A model generated the notes under the pieces. That model was not told the DNA's origin, searched no databases, and saw only the letters and a list, made by a program, of their open reading frames with translations. A DNA stretch of 54,435 bases from Octopus bimaculoides (taxonomy: Eukaryota). Both the position numbers and the translations under genes were made by a program. The DNA lies in the NCBI RefSeq assembly GCF_001194135.2, contig NC_068984.1:41310044-41364478 (forward strand), written 5' to 3'. Shown piece by piece: positions 47,961 through 54,435 of this stretch (positions within the stretch are counted from its first letter, which is position 1; each line of letters starts with the position of its first letter).

Positions 47961-48540
47961 TGTATTTCCTCGTTTGTCCTGACGTGTTGATTAGGTCTTT
48001 TGATCCAACTTATTCATCCAAATTTTTTAACTTCTATAGTTACTCAACGAGTAGTCAGCTTACAGAAAATTCCTTATGTTTTACTCGATCTACCACTACG
48101 ATATGTTCTTCCCATTATCATGTATTACATATCATTTGTTATTTCATTAAAAACTAGAGTGAAGTAACGAAAGCCGAGGTTAAGGTTTTGGTGGGTACAC
48201 ATTTATACACTAAAATCTTTACCAAGTCCGCTACTGATCATAAACCTACTTTTAACACTTTCATACATGACTTAAATCTCTTCCACACTAATCATAGTTA
48301 CTAGCTTTTCGTTGTCACCAGATACCAAGTTATGAGATATCAACATACCTCTTTAGAGTCTTTAAAAATAAGGCAAAAATCTTTCTTCGTAGCTTAGAAA
48401 TTCTTTTTCTTATACTTCAACAGAAATATAACTTCTGTAAATCATGTACTGGTATAAACTCAAACTACATTATAAAGCAATGTAACTAAACACGTGCTGT
48501 TGTCGATTTCTTTTCCTTCTTTGGACTTTCCTCTTTCTCC

Positions 48541-48573
48541 TTTCCGACGAAGAGTTATACTCGAAACGTCATA
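48541..48573 (+). ncRNA. Variant hammerhead-like motif
   Basis: TTT CCGACGA A GAG-TTATA-CTC GAAAC GTC ATA; U4 is replaced by C. Confidence 0.45.
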
Positions 48574-48690
48574 CTCTCTCCTTTCACCGAGTGTCAAACT
48601 AATACATTTCTTGTGCACGTCCTCTTGTTGTCCGTTAATTGAATTCGTTTACTTTAATTGATTGTTTATTTGAACTGACTAAATATATAC

Positions 48691-48855
48691 TATACTTTAT
48701 TAATAAAGCTGCAAAGACATCACAAAAACTGTTACTCAGAGTTTCATGTTCGGTTCGCCGGACAGTTTTGGTGAAGATTCTCAACCAAAACTGTCAACGT
48801 GAAACTCAGAGTAACAGTTTTTGTGATGTCTTCAAAGCTTTATTAATAAAGTATA
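48691..48855. repeat. Long imperfect hairpin
   Basis: Outer arms 48691-48750 / 48796-48855, 10-nt bulge, inner 12-bp perfect stem 48761-48772 / 48784-48795. Confidence 0.85.
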
Positions 48856-48919
48856 TTTACTCTACCTCCGGTATTCGAGTGCTATTTTTCCACCTTGTTT
48901 CACATTTGTCTGCTTACTC

Positions 48920-49233
48920 NNNNNNNNNNNNNNNNNNNNNNNNNNNNNNNNNNNNNNNNNNNNNNNNNNNNNNNNNNNNNNNNNNNNNNNNNNNNNNNNN
49001 NNNNNNNNNNNNNNNNNNNNNNNNNNNNNNNNNNNNNNNNNNNNNNNNNNNNNNNNNNNNNNNNNNNNNNNNNNNNNNNNNNNNNNNNNNNNNNNNNNNN
49101 NNNNNNNNNNNNNNNNNNNNNNNNNNNNNNNNNNNNNNNNNNNNNNNNNNNNNNNNNNNNNNNNNNNNNNNNNNNNNNNNNNNNNNNNNNNNNNNNNNNN
49201 NNNNNNNNNNNNNNNNNNNNNNNNNNNNNNNNN
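48920..49233. other. Assembly gap (N run)
   Basis: Run of N, followed by (GAA)n at 49234-49346. Confidence 0.99.
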
Positions 49234-49346
49234 AGAAGAAGAAGAAGAAGAAGAAGAAGAAGAAGAAGAAGAAGAAGAAGAAGAAGAAGAAGAAGAAGAA
49301 GAAGAAGAAGAAGAAGAAGAAGAAGAAGAAGAAGAAGAAGAAGAAG

Positions 49347-50030
49347 ACGGCCGGAATATTTGATGAACCTCAAATAAGAACATTCCTCAGGGATCCACAT
49401 TTTGTTACAGCTATGAGTGCGGCGGAGTCTAGAGCTTGGAATGCCCTCTCTGATGCGGTACGGAATTTCCCTGGAAACAGGAAAGCTGACAACTACCAAG
49501 AAATTGTGGAGTGGCTGCTCTTGAGTCTGTAAGCACTTGAATCTAGAATGATCGTTAAATTGCACTACTTACACAGTCACTTGGGTGAGTTTCCAGAGAA
49601 CTTGGGTGATGTTTGCGAAGAACAAGGTCAACGCTTTCATCAAAATGTAAAAGTAATGGAAGAACGCTACCAAGGTCAATGGGACTCAGGCATGATGGTA
49701 GATTACTGCTGGAGCTTGATGAGAGACATTCCAGAAGCTGTACACAAGGGATTGTCAAAAAAGAGGAAGTTCTTGCAGTAATAAGATGATCAGAATGAAT
49801 TACCACAACGAATAGATTTTGTATTCATATTTTGTTATAACCAAGCTTAATTCTTATATGCTAATGTGTATTTACTCCCACAACTTTGTGTTTTGATTGA
49901 AAAAAAGAATGATATATTGTCTATTAAAAATTGCATCTACATGTGTTTAATTCTTCCTTTATAAGCATTAAATAGTTGTTTCTAGCAAAATTAAAGATAT
50001 CTCAAAAATCTGATGTGATAGACAAAATCT
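49347..50030 (+). mobile_element. DNA transposon 3' fragment, Chapaev (CMC)-like transposase C-terminus
   Basis: GIFDEPQIR...NFPGNRKADNY and KLHYLHSHLGEFPENLGDVCEEQGQRFHQNVKVMEERYQG...DYCWSL; the family name is from memory and needs a Dfam/Repbase check. Confidence 0.7.
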
Positions 50031-50295
50031 GATGCCAGAAGATTATTGACTAATATTACAGAGGAAAACAAAATGCTGCATGACAATAATGATGACTTCC
50101 TATATGTGTTTCAAGCTTTTGGGTAGCTTGGTGTCACATTAGCCATTCGTTTATTTAATCTAATTGTACTTGAAAGTATTAACCCTAATTACTGGCTTAG
50201 AGGACCGTCAACGGCTGTTAGAAAGCTAATGAAATGCTCGAGAAAAGACATCAATGTTTTAAACACATTGATCAACCTTAAATAATAGCTTACAA

Positions 50296-50995
50296 CGCGT
50301 CGAGCTGGCAGAAACGCTTAACGGTATTTGGTGTGTCTTTACGTTCTGAGTTCAAATTCCGCCGAGGTCGGCTTTGCCTTTCATCCTTTCGGAGTCGATA
50401 AATTAAGTACCAGTTGTATACTGCGGACGATGTAATCGACTGGCTCCCCTCACCCCCCAAAATTTCAGGCTTTGTAGTAGAAAGTATTAATTAATATCCT
50501 TCATTTAATGATATTTATATTTTTTCCTTTTCATTATTACGGAAGAGAAAGGTATCGATCAGGCAAAATTATTAGCGCGTTGGACAAAATACTTAGCGGC
50601 ATTTCTTCCGGCTCCTTAAGTTCTGAGTTCAACTGCTTTCGAAGTTGACATTGCTTTTCATCATTTCAGGGTCCATTAAATAAGTACCAGTTGAGCATTT
50701 GAGTTGATGTACTCACCTTACTCAGCCTCTAAAATTGCTGGCCTTGCTCCAGAATTTGAAACTTTTATTACGGAAGAAAGAGTATGGTGAGTTGACCGAA
50801 TCGTTAGCGTCGGAAAAAAAAAAAAACTCCTTGCGGTAAATAGTTGCGGCTCTTTACGTCCTGAGTTTAAATCTCACCGAGGCCAGCTTTGCTTCGGAGG
50901 CCGACAAAATAAAGCAGCAGTCAAATATCGATCGATAGTATGAACTAACTCCTCCACCCACATTTCAGGCCTTATGCCTATATTAGAAACCATTA
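50296..50995 (+). mobile_element. Three tandem diverged tRNA-derived SINEs, family B (~50296-50484, ~50555-50765, ~50785-50995)
   Basis: Shared GTTCTGAGTTCAAATTCC...GACTTTGCCTTTCATCCTTTCGGGGTCGATAAATTAAGTACCAG block. Confidence 0.8.
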
Positions 50996-51345
50996 TTAAG
51001 GAAAGAAAACTTCCCATATTCAAGACATCTTAGTTGCTAATAACACACTATCTTAGCCAAAGACATTATGTCGACATGAACTTTATTGTCATTGATACAA
51101 ATAATTATGAATGACTAGATTAATTAATTCTTCACTGGAACATCTGGCACTTCAATCTATTTTTAAATCCTACCGGGAAAATAAAACAAACTGAAAGTGG
51201 GACATAAAAAAATTTTGAATGTTGTTTGTTGGGTGGGATTTTGAATTCGATTCGATATCGAATGTATGAGTGTTATCATCTTTAATTGTTACATGTTTTG
51301 TTCTGGATATAATTTATGGTTTCTTCTGATATAAATAGCATAAGT

Positions 51346-51777
51346 AAGGCGCCGAGCTGGCGGAAACGTTAGCACGCCGGGCGAAATGCTTAGCGGTATT
51401 TCGTCTGCCGTTACGTTCTGAGTTCAAATTCCGCCGAGGTCGACTTTGCCTTTCATCCTTTCGGGGTCGATAAATTAAGTACCAGTTACGCACTGGGGTC
51501 GATGTAATCGACTTAATCCCTCTGTCTGTCCTTGTTTGTCCCCTCTATGTTTAGCCCCTTGTTGGCAATAAAGAAATAAGAAACATTAGCATGCGGGGCG
51601 AAATGCTTAGCGGTATTTCGTCTGTCTTTACGTTCTGAGTTCAAATTCCACCGAGGTGGACTTTGCCTTTCATCCTTTCGGGGTCGATAAATTAAGTACC
51701 AGTTGCGTGCTGGAGTCGATCTAATCGACTGGCCCCTCTCCCCCAAAATTTTGGGCCTTGTGCCTAGAGTAGAAAAG
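51346..51777 (+). mobile_element. Dimeric family-B SINE with 18-bp TSD
   Basis: Two monomers; TSD GATATAAATAGCATAAGT at 51328-51345 and 51778-51795. Confidence 0.9.
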
Positions 51778-52099
51778 GATATAAATAGCATAAGTGACTT
51801 CAAGTGGTTATTACAAATCATGAATCAGTTCTGACATACATTCCTAGAAACCCATTTCCATCTGTAGTGCTGTTAATTAACTTCAGCTCAATTCCAATGA
51901 TCAAAAGCGTGACAGTTGTGACCATAACCCCTTATTGCGAAGTATTGTGTTCCCAGTCCTTTTTGATGGTTGGGTGTGATTCGAGGGAGATTTTGCTGAT
52001 ATTTCTTTCGTTGACTCAGAACAGTGTTGGTTGTGTTTTGATGATGAAATTTTAAACCTGGCACTGCAAGCTAATGTAACATGTGTCAACTGTACAATG

Positions 52100-54250
52100 T
52101 CCACATGTTTTGGAGAGTGGTGAGGGCTTCACAAATTTGTAATCTACGCAATCAACTTAGAACTAATAGAGAGGGACCGGATACTAGAACTTGAATGCGT
52201 CCTTCCCGACGCGAAAAGACTAGAGACCGGATTGTCAGCTAGTCAAGTGACATTTGACAGGAGCAATAGTCAACAATAGGTTATAGGGAGTCCTGAAAAC
52301 GGTAATTAAATATGAATCGATAGCGTTTAGTAATGGAGTAGTAATAGAAAGAAATACATTAGAAGAGGAGCTAGTAAGTAAAGTAGAAGAAGCAAGTAGA
52401 AATGGCATTGCAAGCAACGAGCTGTAGTAAGAATGGCCTTCGACCATTGCTTCAGTGCGAAACACCAAGGTTGCATTATCAGAGCTAAAGCTCGTGCGCT
52501 AAAACAAGAAAGAACAAAAGCTGTTCGGTGGGCACAGGTGGTGGAGGTGCAGGGTGGCACCAAAGTCACAATTCAGTCTTTGACGGACCAGGATAGGCGC
52601 GTTCTACTCAGTTCCAAGCAGATGTAGGCGGCGTTCCAACAGCACTTTGCTCAACTCTTCTGAGTAAGCAATAGGTTAGAGACGATTATGGACTTCAGTG
52701 CCTACCTAGACGATCTCAGCGGCTCTTAACAGAAGAGGCAAGGACTGTGAAAGGCCAATATCAGCACCTGAAATGCAAGTGTTATTGAGTAGTTGCGCAA
52801 GAGACAAATCGCCCGGTTTGAATGGTCTGTCTATGAGTTTATACCAGATCTGCTTGGCGACCTCTATCGCAACTGGTAGCAAAACGGGAAAATTCCACTT
52901 CTGTGAGCTGAGTCGTTTTAATGCTACTGAGAAAGAATGCTAACAAAGGAGATATAGATAATTTCTGGTCCTTAACTCTGTTAAATGTAGAGATTAAAAT
53001 TTTGACCAAGGTATGAACAAAGAGGTTGTCGTTTATCGTAGGAGGTTTCTTCGGTGAAGTACAAACGCCTGAGATCTCTCAACAGATCCGTTTATGATAA
53101 CTTTCACCTTATCCGATACATCATAGAAAGAGTAAGTAACAAATGTGGCGATGGTGGGGCTCTGGTCAATTTAAATCTGTCGAAAGCCTTCGTTATAACT
53201 GATCATCGCCACTGGTAGCAATCCTAAAAGCAAGCCAATTTGGATGCAGGCTAACTCACCGAGGCTGTTGATTCGCAGACACGCGCTGAGCCTGCGCCAC
53301 TTGCAGGTGATGAATCTGTGTATTTTCCTTTTGTAAATTTTTTTTTTTTTTTCGCAGCTCATCTCTTTAACAGGGTCGCGGTTCTGCAACAAACCCATCC
53401 ACCTACCCACAAAAAAAAAAAAGAGAAAAAAATTAGGTGCCTAGAACTTAGTGAGTCGACAGGTGCACACTACTCTCTACCAATCGGGCAATGCGGTTGG
53501 AAGAAGTTCGATTTTAGTAATTTAGAGAGAGGGCTAGAAATGGATAAGAGCGATGACGTTCTCGGGAGAACTCTAGGCGTCGACGAGACCGAACTAGCTG
53601 GTCTTTTTCGGGGGACTTTCAGGCTGGAGACCACCGTGGATAATTTCCAGAAATCTCTAGCCTGGCAGTGATACTAAGGAGCACTGCTAGTTCGAGATAA
53701 ACACTTCGCGCACGTAAGTACTGCTGAGCGGGACTGCCCGAGATGTGCACCGAGCGATGAAATCGCATGCATTCGTGCCATATCCGAGCATTGCTGTCTT
53801 ATGGAGTTATGTAGAACAGCTGTTGTTGCATATAGGATAAATCTAACTATTGGCCGAATTCGTCACGAGATTCGCCCTACTACCCACATTTAACAAGGCA
53901 GAGCATGCGGTTTTTCTCTGTATAATGGCTATGGTGAAAGAAGTTGTATGGTAAACGAAGCTGAAAGGAATGAGAACAGATACTTTCCTCTTCGGTCAAG
54001 GTCCTATTACCCCGTGAGGGCAGAGAGGGAAGTGCTCCCAGTGAATTTGTCAAATGGTGGGTAACTATGGCAAAAGTGGTTAGAGTCAATGAACCTACTC
54101 TAAGCATGTACCTATAAATTGGAGAACCACAGTTGGGTGACGGCTTGTGTTCTTAGTAGTCAAGGTGATCTTGGATCTGTGGAGTTCTTTGATTGGCTCT
54201 AGCTGGAAGTTCTTCTTTAAGAGGAGGACTACATAATAGGTGTATTTTCA
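52100..54250 (+). mobile_element. Degenerate L1/Tx1-like LINE (linker, RT, C-terminal zinc knuckle)
   Basis: GCIIRAKAR (~52468), DKSPGLNG (~52803), LTLLNVEIKILTK (~52971), SKAF (~53181), CPRC (~53735). Confidence 0.75.
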
Positions 54251-54377
54251 TATTTCGTATACTATGTATACTTTTATCTCATCTCTCTTCCTTCCCCTCA
54301 TCTTATATATAAACCCCACACAGATTGTAAACTGTCTTTGTAATGTTACCCTTATTTTACGCTCCTGAAGCAAACAA

Positions 54378-54378
<1 letters not shown>

Positions 54379-54435
<57 letters not shown>
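54379..54435. repeat. (TTA)n microsatellite running off the window
   Basis: Directly visible. Confidence 0.95.

Noticed and set aside
52235-54107. ORFs 52235-52627, 53171-53671 and 53880-54107 as a second host gene
   Set aside because: They overlap the decayed L1/Tx1-like element; no splice-consistent host protein emerges

Overview
Eukaryotic, AT-rich, microsatellite- and retroelement-dense genomic DNA with three assembly gaps. The repeat families look like those I recall from Octopus, so a coleoid cephalopod origin is inferred, not shown. The only host gene I can support is SPOP/roadkill (MATH-BTB-BACK CUL3 adaptor) on the minus strand. It has nine coding exons (31094 down to 8205), all GT-AG, which splice to 1125 nt = 374 aa plus stop. 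A probable promoter/first exon lies near 34.85 kb. The rest is decayed LINEs (RTE/BovB-like, L1/Tx1-like), Penelope-like, Gypsy, mariner, hAT-MITE and Chapaev-like pieces, and tRNA-derived SINEs. The most interesting object is a 449-bp insertion at 46114-46562 with a 12-bp target-site duplication. It is built from two back-to-back tRNA-like Pol III heads that form a ~180-bp palindrome, and one arm carries a minimal Penelope-type hammerhead ribozyme motif. Other leads: a second hammerhead-like motif, several near-perfect hairpins, inverted repeats bracketing an in-frame SPOP exon 2-6 block, and candidate poison exons and tandem donors. All coordinates were read by hand; boundaries of decayed repeats are approximate.
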